A stretch of DNA of 64,000 nt from Styela clava (lineage: Eukaryota): positions 20,832,001 through 20,896,000 of the forward strand of contig NC_135258.1 of the NCBI RefSeq assembly GCF_964204865.1, written 5' to 3'. Below the pieces are notes generated by a model. That model did no database searches, was not told the DNA's origin, and saw only the letters and a list, made by a program, of their open reading frames with translations. This document shows positions 37,128 to 55,106 of this stretch, piece after piece (positions within the stretch are counted from its first letter, which is position 1; each line of letters opens with the position of its first letter). The position numbers were made by a program, and so were the translations under genes.

Positions 37128-37430
37128 TATGTAGAAAATTCTGATTCCTAAAACTTCCAGTTGAAAACAAGAATTGATTTTTAAAGCGTTTTTGGTGATT
37201 ATATTGAATTAACAATTTTTAGAAATGTTTCCAAAGAAATGTTGACTGATTCGATTGAACTCAACTGCGTGATCCTCCGCATGTCTCCGAGTGCAGTGCT
37301 GTAACCAGGATTTCGTTGAGGCGGGAGCGTTTATTTACTAAATGTTCGTGATGGCATAATATGATATCATTTTCTTGTATTTCACTCAACGTGAAAGTCC
37401 CACTGTGACGCCATATTGTTTACTCTCATT

Positions 37431-37658
37431 GGTATTCCCGTAGTATGTGAACCAAGATGGCGGACATCGGAACGTAGTATGTGTACCGGGTTAGGTCATA
37501 ATTTCAGGTACGAATACTACGGGAGTCATTTGGCTAGTCTCCAAACTCGTAATAAACTAAAATAAGGAAAGTTGGAATAAATTTAGGCCTAACCCTAATC
37601 TGGCACACATACTACGTTCCGGTGTCCGCCATCTTAGTGCACATACTACGGGAGCGCC
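37431..37658. mobile_element. Palindromic GG-ended MITE with 8-bp TSD
   Basis: TIRs ..CCCGTAGTATGTGAACCAAGATGGCGGACA / TGTCCGCCATCTTAGTGCACATACTACGGGAGCGCC; perfect TSD CTCTCATT; collinear with 24293-24528. Confidence 0.88.
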
Positions 37659-39732
37659 CTCTCATTTGCTTCGTAGTGGTTTTCAGCTCTTAGTAAAAGA
37701 TATTATGGCGTCATGAATAGTTTTTTTCACATTTGCCTAAAATTAAAAATTGCAGTAATACATAAGTATATATAGTTAATTAAGAAGCTTAAAGCTGTAA
37801 TAAAACGCCATGGTACCAGAAAACGTAAAGTCACAATACCATTGCAGCCACAACTTTTCAAAAGCATATAAATGGGTGATCTCTTCAGAATCCAAATAAT
37901 AACTCAAAAATTTTTGGGATCGCATTTTGACATTTCATTTAGGTACTTTGTTACATGTCATAAACTCTCTACTGCTTCCGGAGCGTAAATTGTCCATATT
38001 CATTTGTATATTTTTCATTTAGGATATTTCAACTTTAGGTTATTTAATGGGCCGTCATCACATACATAAACCTACGATTGCCACTTTCAACACTTATGAA
38101 ACAGCGTAAAAGAGAATTACCAGTGTACTTCTGTGTATTTGTTTTTATATTAGTCATTAACTCTTTCGCAAAGTATCTATAATTTTAAAAATCCCGAAAA
38201 TTAACACTATTTTAACGCCTGAATTAAGGCTGCTTGGAAATTTTCAATCGCCGTCGGGACACGGCCTATTTCAAAATCGAATTCGTTCGTCAAATACTGA
38301 CCTTTATGCCTGAGTATTTCAGATATAAAGGAATACTCGAGTAATGGTTTGGGCAACTTTATGATATTTTTTAACTAAAATGAGATTGTTTACATTTTCA
38401 AAGTTTGCAGAGTGCAATTGGCGAAACGCCTTTTGTGATAAACGACATTTACACTCGCTTTCACTTCGTGTGATAAATGTTATGACACATAATAGGGCGT
38501 CCAAAGTTGAAATTGTACAAACTAAATTGCGCGGAACCTCGAATCGGACTGTTTAAGCAAATGTTTTGTAGTTGGAGCAACATAATGATACAGATGAACT
38601 TTTTCTGAAAAGCAAAGTAACGCCCAGTAACAGGGGGACCGGGAGCTTCTTTGTTTACGTAGTTATCGAGCGATAGTTAAAATTTAACTTTGTGCCATGA
38701 GTCTAGTTCAAGACAGCTAAAGCTACTTGTTGGCAGCTAAACGCTTTAATGCAGTCGAGGTGATATTTGAGGAGGTAATACTGCTTTTATAGTCGTACTT
38801 TTGTTAAACAGTTAATTTTCAGTTATAAAATATATACTGATGCATAATTCCTGAGCATCCCTTTGGATCCGATCAGTTTCGTGAAGTCAATAATCTGCTA
38901 TTTATATATATATATAATATAATTTATTTCTATTTTCAACCGCCGTGATATTATATAATATTATTAATATTACAGAAATCATCATGTCACATGCAGTATT
39001 TATGATAATTTATTGAGAAAAGCTTTTATAATTATGTGGGAATCATTGGCAAGATAGGCTTAACGTTAGAAAATATTCTACGAACTTGTGTATTAATATT
39101 TATCTGCATTAATTATGAATATATATCTCAATTAATGATTAATATGATCCCATGATAAGGTTTCTAATGAAATACCTGGCAGCTCCAACATATGCATGAA
39201 AGTTTCACCGTGGAAAATTAGAAATCAATTCAAGCAAATGGTTTGGTACACTACAATTAGTGGATTATGCATGCGTGGGTAAACCATCTGGTTTACAGCT
39301 GAATTCGAACACATTCAGCACTAAATAAGAAAATATGGCGTCAAGCAACGTCTGACAAACAACAAATATATATTTTTTAATTTTACTCTGATGAAAACAT
39401 TTTGAAAATGTTGAAAGTTTTGATAATTTATAATTAACTTTAATACTAAACTAAAGTTCTAAACCATCATTCATTATCTAGCATAGAGTATCGCAAATTT
39501 TGCAATGCAGTTGAACACCTTTGAAAAATGTATGTCTACAAAATTGAATAATGTATTAATTCAACTTATTAGTAAATATCATTTGGATATTTCAAATTTG
39601 ATCTATTTTACGGGTTGGAGTATTCGAAACAAATATACGTGCAATTGTTTCACTGAATGGGTCGTTATTGATTGCCAGATGAAAACTTTCTTAAATCGCG
39701 TTTTTAATTTTTAGTCTACCAAAACAACCTTG

Positions 39733-39842
39733 GGACCTCCTGAAGTATGCGCACCAAGATGGCGCACAACCTGAACTCATGTTGTGTACCAGGTTAGGGT
39801 TCAGGTTATGCGACATCTTGGTGCGCATACTTCAGGAGTACC
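39733..39842. mobile_element. Short (110 bp) palindromic GG-ended MITE with 8-bp TSD
   Basis: CTCCTGAAGTATGCGCACCAAGATG / CATCTTGGTGCGCATACTTCAGGAG; perfect TSD CAACCTTG. Confidence 0.9.
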
Positions 39843-42499
39843 CAACCTTGAATATTTGAGATTATTACCTATAAAACTGTAATTTGAACCTATGTTTTCA
39901 ATACACACTATTGTCTCATTGTTTTAATACACACAGAAGGAAATATTATTCCTAAGACGTGTTCAATTTGCGCTCCTCAAAAAGACAAAATATTCAATCG
40001 TACGCAATTCGTCCAAACTTATAGTGATGTAACATCTCTCCTTGTCATTGGGCCGAGTTTCACATTATTTAAATTTCCCATTTTCCTGAACGTTGTTCAT
40101 ATTTGTAGTGCAAAATTATAAAACTGTGAACTTCAACATTATTGCGTCACAAATACATATTATTGCATTTAACACTTGTGCCGCACAGATACAAATAGTT
40201 ACAATATATTTGAATAAAAGAATAGAAAGAAGCTCTTTCCATTGAAGCACCGAAATTGACCTCATTTTTGTTAACAACAAGCTGTATTACCACTGGTGAA
40301 TCTGAAAATAGGTTTTGATTGTACGTCTAACTTGTGTAAACTATATAAAAACAAATTTTAATTACTATTTTATAGAAACTTGCCAAGTGTACCGCACTAA
40401 TTAGTATTCTTCACAACAGGCCTTTGTCCTTGTATCGTTTTGCACGTGGATGTAGTAAATATCTTTGTCGTGGGATTTAATTAAACGCCAATAATTATAT
40501 ATCGAGTAAATAAATGTTTTTGGTTAAATACACAAACGATAATTATGTATAAATATCCGGCGATAACCACCATGTTCACCGCTGACTGAGCCGGACACAT
40601 CTGCATGTCAAGCTTACCCAAAACATACACAGGCAGACTGCATGCGAATAAATTAATCACACGTTACGATCGGAAGTGCTAGAGTGCATGCGACTGGTAA
40701 ATATGTCGTTCTGCAGTATGGGGTTGTTAAACGTACCCGCTACAATGCTTGATTCGATTTCAATCATATACAAAAATAATTCAGAGATTCATATTTTTTA
40801 TGCAAATCAAAATTATGAAAGTGGTAAGCTGATAAAATTTGAATGTACAGAATTCGTTGTTATAATATTTAGTAGCACAAAGGCGCGTATGGTATATTTC
40901 AAACATGTAGGTTGGTTTGCATATTACAGAGGACTGGCGGCGATTACTTTCATCTGAATAGGTTAATAGCATAATTTACAGAAAATTCAGCCGTCGATTG
41001 ACAATTTGAAACAGCTGTGTATAATATTTTTTTGTCTTCAAATGACGTCATCGCCTGAAGATTGTATTCTATGCAACTGTTATAATGAATAGTTTGCGGA
41101 AACACAAAGGCAAAAACTGAAGATAATTAAACAGTCGACAGCAACAAGAATAAATTTACAAGCTCAATAGATAATTAACAATATAATGTAGGTATTGATA
41201 ACTGTTTGCCATTCACAACTTTAAAGTGATTTTCAATTGTCGAAATAAAACATGAAAAATCATGCAACAAAAAAGAAAATTTACGATAAAATTATTTTTA
41301 ACATTTTAACAAACGCAGGTGGTTTTAAAATTAAAAATAGTATTAATTCTCTGTAATTACAGAACATACTGTAAACGCATTTTCTTAGAGTATTGTGTGG
41401 TTTATGTTTTGTTAAGATGGTATATATTGTATACAACTTAAGATACAAGCAGATTTGAGTAATTTTTACAAAAAAACAAACGGAAAATTACAAATGTCTT
41501 TTCTAATAGATACTTGGTATATACACTAGCTTTCATCCTATATAAAATCGGAGGGGTCTTGCACAAAGAAACACAAGATGACTAAATATTAGAACAATGT
41601 CATTCGTATTTTTATTCATATTTCAGAATATGATCGAACTCATGCAATTCGTTCCTCACTTTTGCCCGATCTAACTATATTAGTTATCCCTGCATATCGG
41701 TAATTGCCCACTTTATTTAATTAATACGGATTGTGATCCACGGATTGTGATTAATTTGTTTGTGAAAGCGTGACAATTTTATTGCTCTTATATAAACAAT
41801 ATCATTCTACCCATTTCACACCTACGATAATTAACGACAGTCCGATTTGTTTATTTGTACGACGACCCGAAAAGATTATATTCTGCGAACAAAAGAAGAC
41901 ACTTTTCGAAACAGTTGATTCCTTTGTGTGCAAGCGGACGAATTCGTTTTGACAGCGGTTCCGACATAAGTATCTCTTATAGGAAGGGATTTGTGTGGTG
42001 CATGTGTTTTGATAGCGTTTTATAGCGTGCACAATCTGCCATGAAAAGTGTGTTTCAATCCTTCTCACTTGAGGCGTATAGCTTTACTTAAACAAACAAA
42101 GAATCACTGCACGCACGCTCTCATAGTTTTCTCTCTCATCTTAGGCGCAAAAAACGCAATAGAACTATGTACGCTACACGCGCAGGTTTATTCACATTTT
42201 TTCTCGAAAAAGCTGCGATCTCGAAATAGTTAATATTAAAAAGGAAGATATCGAAAATACAAACCATTCAATAATATGGCGCTCTCGGAGAATGTTCTTT
42301 TCTGACTCTAGGAAATACAATTCATGAGAAACTTTTTTGTAAATTGAGACTTTATATAACTTTGCATTAGTCTGATATTTGTTTTAGAAGAAGTATTAGA
42401 AGCAATATTTCCAATTACTTGTATGGTTCGTGTCTATAAACAATTGAATTATTTTTTTCTACAGCTTCAATAAAAACCATTGAAAAATAGATAGAATTT

Positions 42500-45835
<3,336 letters not shown>

Positions 45836-48800
45836 TGAGTTTTGTAGAATTATAACATGTCAAGAAAAGTCCATTTTGAATATTTGATTGTTTCCAGTAT
45901 TTATTCTCGTGTTTTATTTTTGTTTCAATATGAATTTTTCTTACTTGCTTTTATTTGGCGTTTTGTTTTCAGTGTCTATCATATTATTAGGAAAATAAAT
46001 GCTGAAAATTAATTTACATGTTATGCGGTGTGATAAATATGCAAAGTTGTCATATGCAGTAGATAGTAGACAGTTTTTCATTGAATTGTTTGATTTTCGA
46101 ACTGTTTGAAGCACGAATACCTATTTCTACTAATCAAGCAGCGGCCATTTTGTTTGCAGAGTTGCGCTTGGTGCTGATGTCCGTATAAAATGAATCACAG
46201 ATATGTAAAAGCAATCGGGTAGTTTGAGACCGGAGACCGTTTGTGTCGTAAAAATAGACGTCAGAATTGAATTAATAAGCATTTTTGGTTTTATTATCTT
46301 TAATATCGGCTGATCAGAGCTTTTAACATAATGTCAAAACTGTAATACAGAATAAAGTAGCAAACAGAATTTGAAATGTCTATCATGAAATATGGCTTAG
46401 TAAAAAATAATCCAAGTTCAAAGGTGCCCGAGCATAAACTTTGGTCGACTTAGCCATATAAATACATAAACTTCACATTAAGCCACGTCAATCCCAAATG
46501 AAGATCAGAGAGAATTTGTCGGCGATGAAAACAACAGGGAATTAATCCAAACGAATTACATGATGCTAAATTAAAGTTACATAAATTTGGAGTGATAAAT
46601 AAACGAAAATTTTTCTGACATTGCACTTATTGAATTCCGTGGTGTGTTATAAATTTAAAATTGGTCTCCAAAACATTGCCGAAAAATTATGTTTAATATA
46701 TTAAAATACATTAACGTAACAGTTCTTACAAGTTAAACTGGTCGTGAGATTGTATTCCAGATGCTGATAACTAAGAAAAGTAAACATACAGGTGCAAGTT
46801 TCTAGTTTTTGAAGTTCCTCTTACATCCGTGTTGAAAATTACAGCATTCGACTATGTTCTGTTTGTATTACAAAATAAAGTTAATTACCAGATTCGCGGA
46901 TTTAAAAACATCAGTTGAAAAGCAGTGAAAATATTTTAATATTGCGTTCCTCAGCAGTGGAAGGGCGTGAAGTGTTGTGCCATGTGATATTTGAAGACCG
47001 GCAATCATACTTTTTCTCCAAACGTATGGTTTAGTGAAGTTATCTTGTCTATATTTTCTTTTTATAAATTCACCTTGCCCAGTAATACTAGGTTACGAGT
47101 GTCAGTAAAATTGCACTGTGTTAGATTACGAACAAGATGTTTGATGTAAACAACAGCAAACTTAATAAACGGGGCCATGATAATAGTATGCTTACAAATA
47201 CAGAGAACAGGATCACAAAGGATTTAACAAAGGCCACCGGAATCACGCTGAACCAACGGATCGTAGCGGGAGCGTAGGCAAAGCTATATTAAAAAAGTAA
47301 AATAAATTTTATTCAGAATCTGATTATACTACATTCCGTATATTCTAACTCATCATCCGTTCATTTAATTTTGTTTGGGTTTAAAACGAATTTGAACTCG
47401 TTTATTAAAATATAATTAACAGATAAATGTTCTATTTCTATCCCGTCGTTGATGATATAATTTGGTAAGGTATTTAATCTGTATTCGGTTTCCGTGATAT
47501 GTGGAAAAGGCATGTTGTGAAGTTTGCATTTACAGGACTCACAACTCGTGTGAGGTCTAAACTTCATTATGTTCTCGCTATTTTTAGAAAAAGCAGTTAG
47601 ATAAACTACATAGGTTGGTTTGTTGTGTCATCCTTTTAATTTGTCATGAAGCCATCCATCATCCGCCTCCATAACAACACGTCTAAATATTATTATATTC
47701 AAAATGCCTATTAAATTAAGAGGGTTTTTAGTATGCGGTGTCTGTCCAATACAAGACACGAAACAACACAGAAAAATACTGCTGTATGAAGATCACGGCA
47801 TTTTATAAGCTGATTTTACATCGAATCATCAAAGAGTTCGTGACCGCATAATTCTGCAAATCTGCCTGATATTTGCAATTGACGAAAACAAACAAGCTGA
47901 AAAACAAGCACTTAGGTCAAATCCCACCATAAAGAACAATTTCAACTTGCCAGTTTTCATTGAGATTTATAATTTGTCCTTTAAACGCACTTCGTACAAG
48001 TCCAGTTTTAAATGATTTATTTCTTACAAAATACGCCGCCACCCGCAACTAGATACGAAATCAAAATATTGAGACGATTTAGGAATTAATATTAACGAGT
48101 ATCTAAGTTTGATAAAAGATGAAAATATATTTCGAAAAATAACTCAATTTGGTTATCCCACTAGTAAATAATAATGAAATATTATTAGTAATATATATAA
48201 TGTTTGTCAAGTAAAATATATTAAATGTTGCCCAGGGGGTAATATCATTCACAAATTAAGTAGATGTTTTATTTTATCTAAGTTATTTTTTATAAAATAG
48301 ATGGTAAATTGAGTGTTTTAGACAATTTCTTACTGAAATTTGCATTTGAAATTAATACCCGTTTTTATATATTTTTTGTTTGGAACTATTCAAATAAGTT
48401 TAAATTTTTTTTTAGGTATGCATCTGATTAAATTACCATTCGTATTATAATATTTTGATAGTTGTTGTCTTCACGCGACTTCGTTGTATACTCGACAGAT
48501 TACAGAATAAGTCGCTCTAATAGCCGACGATTACGTTGTCATAACAAATCCCAATTATCGTCGTCAAGTGGACAACAAATAAAATGCGTGTGTCCATCCT
48601 CGTCATTTTTGTCTATTGTTGGCAATGGTCGGCAAAATTACAAAGTATTTTATTCATTTTATATCTAAGTTCTTCTGGAACATATCTCTCCTTTTTAATA
48701 TATTTTATCAATATTCACAAAGTTTTGCCTCGATATTCAACTCTGTACACTCAAAATATTTATCTGGATACGTGGTCAATTTTTTCAGTATTTCAGTAGA

Positions 48801-51800
48801 TAACATGCATGCTTTAAGATTAGATTTTAAAAAAGTCTTATGTATATTTTAGTGACTGCTCAATGGTTTGTAGGTTTTTGTCCATACTACATAACGCAAT
48901 ACAAACTATTAGAAACATCTGGATATACGATATGTGTTTTGGTCATATGTATTTATATATTGTCGTTCTCTTAAGCTCCTTTAATGCTAGATACGTCAAT
49001 AAACATGTAATCATAAACTGTAGCGACTCCATTCATTAACTTATTCAAACTAATGATTGGCGAGAAACTCGACAAGGAAAAAACGTATAAAGAAAAGCAG
49101 AGTTGTGGCATACCACAAAATACACCACAGCACCTCCCTCATAAAAACGAATATTTAACAAAACTTTAACAATTACAATCAGTAAACTGTTACGACATCC
49201 TCAACCAATTAAAATTTAAATCCATCTGGTCGGTTTTCTCTGTCGAAGTGGGCAATGTCTTCAGTTAATTTTGGCGATTTGTGTCAGGTTTGGCAGTTTG
49301 TTGGTTCCTGGTGTTCGACCCCTATGAGATTCCGGCAAAAGAAGACTCAATTTTTGGATGTTTTTATTATTGGTATCGTTTTGTATCTGCTATCACCACT
49401 TTAAATTTACTTGCTCTCGTATAATTCATTCTACCCAGACTATTCGGCGCCGACCTAATTATTGTAACACCTTGATGTTTTGTTTTATTTATAATAAATT
49501 GACATTAACAATGTTGAAACACAGTAACAATTTGTTAATGTGTGTTTATATTAATTCGATTGCTTTGTTTTACAAGTTACGAAGTTGAAGTCGGGCTAAT
49601 CCTTGCGATAAATCTTTTAAATTCCAAACATTGTACTTCATACGTTTTTCAAATCAATCTGGCTAAATTGGTCGCAATGGATTAACTTAACTCTTTAGCA
49701 GAATACAGTTCATGATGAACAACTTATGAATCAATTTGCATTTGTCTTAAAGGCATAATATAATGATCAAAATTATGATTGATATTGTATTTTCATTCAA
49801 TATACAAAATTTAGCCTGTCACAGTGCATTACAAAAATCACTGCTGAATTTGACATTGAAATAGTTTGAAAAAGTTGAAAAAGTTTTTCTTCCATCAAAC
49901 TCGATGAAAAAACCCGACAGAGTCTTATAATTCGAAGCAGTCTATATACCCACGAGACATTTTTGACAACATGTGATATCGACGCCCGGGGATTAATATT
50001 AAAAATCATCATAATTCCAAATAATCCTTTACACGTATCAAACCTAATCCGATGCCAGCAGGTAATAATATGTGAATTGTTGTAATTTCAATGCAAATAC
50101 TAAAATATGTACGTGCATAAAACGCATCTTTCTTATTGCTTTCGATTCGCCTATATGATATGATGCTGTTTAACTCTGTCCCATGTTTTTCAAACAGTGA
50201 GGTTGTTCCCGATTTGACGATTACGCACTTCACCACGAAAAAATAAAAATAATTTTTATCAGAGCGCCATTTCAATATTTGGACAAATTCAAAATATTAA
50301 TTGCTCGTATATCTGTGCGAAATTGAAGCTTCGGATACATCGCCAATGGTACCAGCCAATCGTCAAGCTTATAACTAGTTATGGATAATTTTAAAGAAGG
50401 AATTGTAATGCCGATGAGTCGATAATTTGGGTGGACGCGATGTCTTTCTGGCTAGTCTTGAACTATGTTGGAATCAAAGATTAAATATCTCCGGTTTTAA
50501 TCGTTACGCCCACCGAAGTGCAACAAATCCGGTATCAAATCCCCAGCAGGAAATATTTCGGCGTTTCCAAACCTACTAACGCCAGTGGGGTTCGTCTTTT
50601 TTTGAAAGAAGAAGTGAAAACATAACATGAAAATACGAAAGCAAATCAAAGTTGGTGCAAAAATCCGATAAAATTGTCTGTCAGACATAACTGAGATATA
50701 ACTAAAGAAAAGACTAAAAAGTCGCCCCAAAGTCGTTCAACATTGAAGTAATTTCAAGATTGAGTGAGGCTCGAGAAATGTTGTTTGTGACACTAATGAC
50801 GATGTATGTTGTCTGCTTTAATGACAATGTGACCGCTTATCAAGTTTTCTTCCAAGCGGCACGGTACGTTTGTGTCTAATTAGGTATAGTCAATGACCCT
50901 TCCGTGAGATGACCGATCACTGAGTCACATCCATAGTCATATGATACATGTTCGCAATGCTTTCGGAATTCCTGCTTGTGATCTGTTAGGGTTCATGGCC
51001 GATGTGGCTTCACCGCGTTTACTTACGACAGGGGTTAAGTAAATGTTTTCGTATCTCTTCTCCCACAAAAGTGGGTGTTCTTGACCCCGTGACATCTACA
51101 GTATGGTTACCGATGCCTTGTATTCAATAATTGGAGCACGTAAAGAGGACAGTATGTTTTCTCCATGAAATCTGTTTGGGTTTGTTTTAATACTCTTCGT
51201 GAAGATTAATTGTCATTTTCACCTTTTTAACGTTTGTATCGACCTGCTGTCTGATAATAACTCATTTCCACTACCTTGTGTTTTCTCTAAGTGACGAAAG
51301 ATGTCCGCAAACACGCGGCACGTTCTTTTTGCCGTTTTGTGGGCAGCCCCTCGTCATTCGACACCTCCACGGGTCGTCTGAGGGTTGCCTGCTACTCGGT
51401 CTAGCTGTCATTCTCGCTTGATTAATAGCCTCTAGTAAAGCATGGGAACTGAATTTTGATTTGTGGGAAGTGTTTGATGTTTTTGTCGTCTTGTTCTGCT
51501 TTGCTGTTTTTCCGGACAAACAACGCAAACGGGAACAGTAGATCATGATGCAACACCTGCAAAATCCTTGGCAAATACTGAAATCGAGCTGATTTTTCAT
51601 GCGATAAAATCGATCGATACTTGTGATACTATTCATGCAGTTATTGTCCAAACTTACAATGATATTTAACTGTCTGAAACAAATTCAATAAAAAGAGATT
51701 CAGCAGGTTTTTAGGGAAAGATTTGTCACTCTTGTTGCGCATACAATGTGCTGAGTGAAAGGTCGTTTTGATAATTTTCATATATATATATATATCATGT

Positions 51801-54800
51801 ATTTGTTATCTTTGTCATACTTTGTGTTTTGTAAAAGAATTCCTCAATATATATTAATATGAATCAAAGCAAATATAAAATACTGTAATATTCCGTTATT
51901 TCAATGAGAAAGGCGAATTAAATATTTTTCCAAAAACGCGACCGAGCTCTATCTTTTGATTTTCACGTTGCTGTCCGAATTTTCCTTTTCTTAGAATTTT
52001 GACCTCGTTTGAAACGTACAACTACAAATTTTGAATTGAGACTAAGTGTGAGAAACTGTAATTATCCGCACTGATAACAGAACACAACATAATCGTGGCT
52101 TTGACGATTACAATCAACTGAAAAAGGCGCGTCTGTGTTCGTGTGCCTACCCTTTAATTATGGTAAATGCGGTGAATTTATGATAGAGAACGCCGAGTAA
52201 TTGCAATCACGCCACAGGAAATAAGACAAACTTTACTTAATCGTATTAGATTCTTGGTTAATTCCCAAACAAAACCGCCTCGACTGATGTTTTGAAGTTT
52301 TGTCGCAAGACCATGTTGATCTGAAAACCACAAAATATATATCACTTATCTCAGATGCTTGTTATATGAGACAATCCCATTATGGGACGCCTACCGGTCC
52401 TTTCATAGCGCCACAGCCGAAGTGGCGACCAATGTTTGTATTATAGACGTTTTTGGATTTTTAACCAACGTATTCTTAAGCAATACATTTATAATTAAAT
52501 ATATGATCTCAGACCACGTTTTGTCTGCTTTCAGAATCCAAGCGTTTTTAATAACATGGTCGTGACAATAGCTTACTTTGTAAATGGATAATTATTTGAT
52601 GGAGATATATCAATACCACGCGACATGAATATCATTTTCCAACTTTTGAAAAGACCCGCCTATTGTGGCGTGTCGGTAGAATCAAGGTTATTAAAGGATT
52701 ACAACATTTGGAAAAGAAGTGGATGAGGTTGAATTCGTGACATGGGCGTTTCAGTCGTGGTATAACCACTTGTTTTGTCTGTAAAATATCGAGATCTTAA
52801 GTTATAGGCCTATTGCGATCTGGAAGAAATGAATACTGAAAACAAGATGTCTGACTCATTCATGTGAAGATATTCATAAAATCAATGTACTCTGTATCAG
52901 GACGACGACTTTGAATATAATCATATTCGTCAATACAGATTCGAAGGTAATGGATTTGCTCTAACTCAAATCTGCTTTATTATTGAAACAAAATTTTACT
53001 CTACCAATAAATGATCTTCCGGCAATTACTACAAATGTAAACTTTGAAAATCAAATTTATGATGATCAAGTCGAATATTGGTCAAAAATCTCCTTGAGAA
53101 TTAGATATTCTGGCGATACAGAATATTTGCATCTGCAAACAAGCATATAAGCATAGTCAACACCATTTATGGCTTGTTATCAAGCACCTATCATTACTTT
53201 GCACTGGCGTTCATTATGTATATGCACATGATAACTAGAATGAAGAATTGTGCATTTGCATTTGCTTCTAGAGTCCAATTTACACGTCATTATTGACAAA
53301 GACTGTTTAAAATATTCTCACTTTTCGCGTATTACTTGGGATGGGATGGAATTCACATATAAATCTCCAAGGAACTATTCTAAGCTTTCATAGCTTTAAT
53401 GCTGTCGCCGAGGATAATTTTCTTTAGCGCTAAAATGCAGAATATATTTTTCTTTTCTTCATATTATAAAATCTTTCAACTCAAAAATGTTAGTTTTGAA
53501 ATAAAACCAGTTAATTCGTTTACCAATTTGTGGGTTTCATTTATTTTGTGACACCCTATTTGACTTGAAGTATGAACTAAAACGCACTGGAATTATGGTC
53601 ATCATCAACTAACGAAACTCAAGTGACCGCGACCAGTGTCTTGAAACCTTCCGTATGTATATAATAAATACGTGCTCATCATACATTATGAACTTGATGG
53701 TAAAATTATGACAACAATTGTTGAACACGAAATGTACCTATGTTATTATGTTTTATGTTGTTATGTTGTTCTTGTTAGTATTTCATTTCTTCGTGTTTTC
53801 AAAAGTGTCATTTGTTTAATGTCATTTATTAACACAGAATAGCGTGGGAACAGGAGTATTAATCAGTTGTACGCCACTGCGATTTGCGACCTTGTAATGA
53901 TGTTTCATTGAACTTGGAGTAAACTAGCATTAATGGCTTTATTCCGACCTGATCATCGACTTGTAACATTTTCTCCAAACATTATATAAATTTGAGCCTC
54001 ATAGTTTAAGTAGTTCGACTTAGCGTATTATCCTGTACATGTCTCTGTTTATATTGTTTATAGTCATACGAGATGATTTATAAATATCCTGTAACCTATT
54101 TGTAGTGTCAGGTGATGTCGCAATAGATATTAAATGGCTTTTTTGTTTATAAAAGAAAGTACATATAATCTCGCCGAGTTCAAATGCGATTTTCTCCAAA
54201 AATATTCATGCTGTATCTCACCTTTCAAACAGGAGAATTGTTTGTTTGTTAATGTATATTTGTTAACGCGATAACAATAATCACATTATAGATTAAAATT
54301 TTTCTACATTAAACCTCCATACCTACCTCGGCAAAGTTCTACATTAGGTCACCCGTAAAATTCACGTTTTACAAGCCAAATGAGGTTCAAAACTGGCATT
54401 TCTCAAAACCTTAGAACAATATTGGAGATTCGAAATTTATAAAAGTTAAAGTTTTCATTGTATCAAGTTCAAGAAAATTAATCTTTGGTGATGTATGTGG
54501 TTGATAATGATGTGCGAACTAAGGCCATGAACTTTTTAGTTCCAATTCCTGCTGTATAAATAAAAACGTGGTTTATTTATCAAATATTGGAAGATTGATT
54601 CGGAATAATACGAACATCCACGCTTATTTTATATGTGAAACGAACCTAGTAAACTTATCGAATTTTATGCAAATGTTTACTGCTTTAAAAATACGTAAAG
54701 AAGCATATTACTGGCTTGTCTCTTTATCGTGCATGTAGCCGTAATTTGTTCAAATGGTCAGTGCTGTAAAACCACGCAAATACTCAAATATTATAATTAT

Positions 54801-55106
54801 CTCGCACATTTAAATATATTTATCACAAAATCAATTTGCCAAACCATCTCATTGATAAAAATGAGACAAACCAAAAATGTTTCTTAAAAATAAGAACCAC
54901 TCTTGAAAAAGGGACGTTATATATGGAAGCCCAGGTTATAAATATATATTATTGGTCCAAGACTAGCTTTCCATAAACGAAATGTGACTTATATTTCAAA
55001 TATTATACCAACTTGTTTTTGCCGGAATTTTATTTGTTTAGTTCTCATCCATGCACTCTCTCTAGATCAGTGGTTCTTTAGCCTTTGCGAGCCTGTGAGT
55101 CTAGAA

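Noticed and set aside
41720-41755. ACGGATTGTGAT direct repeat upstream of FoxG as a TF site pair
   Set aside because: A 12-bp duplication can arise by slippage; no independent support.
47220-47290. Possible Helitron 3' end (GC-rich stretch followed by CTA)
   Set aside because: No convincing hairpin, no CTRR terminus and no 5' end found.
51271-51651. 126-aa ORF in a GC-richer block
   Set aside because: No recognisable domain or supporting exon structure.
52580-53420. Coding-like stretch with hydrophobic readings
   Set aside because: Stops in all frames and no family could be recognised; a translated database search would be needed.
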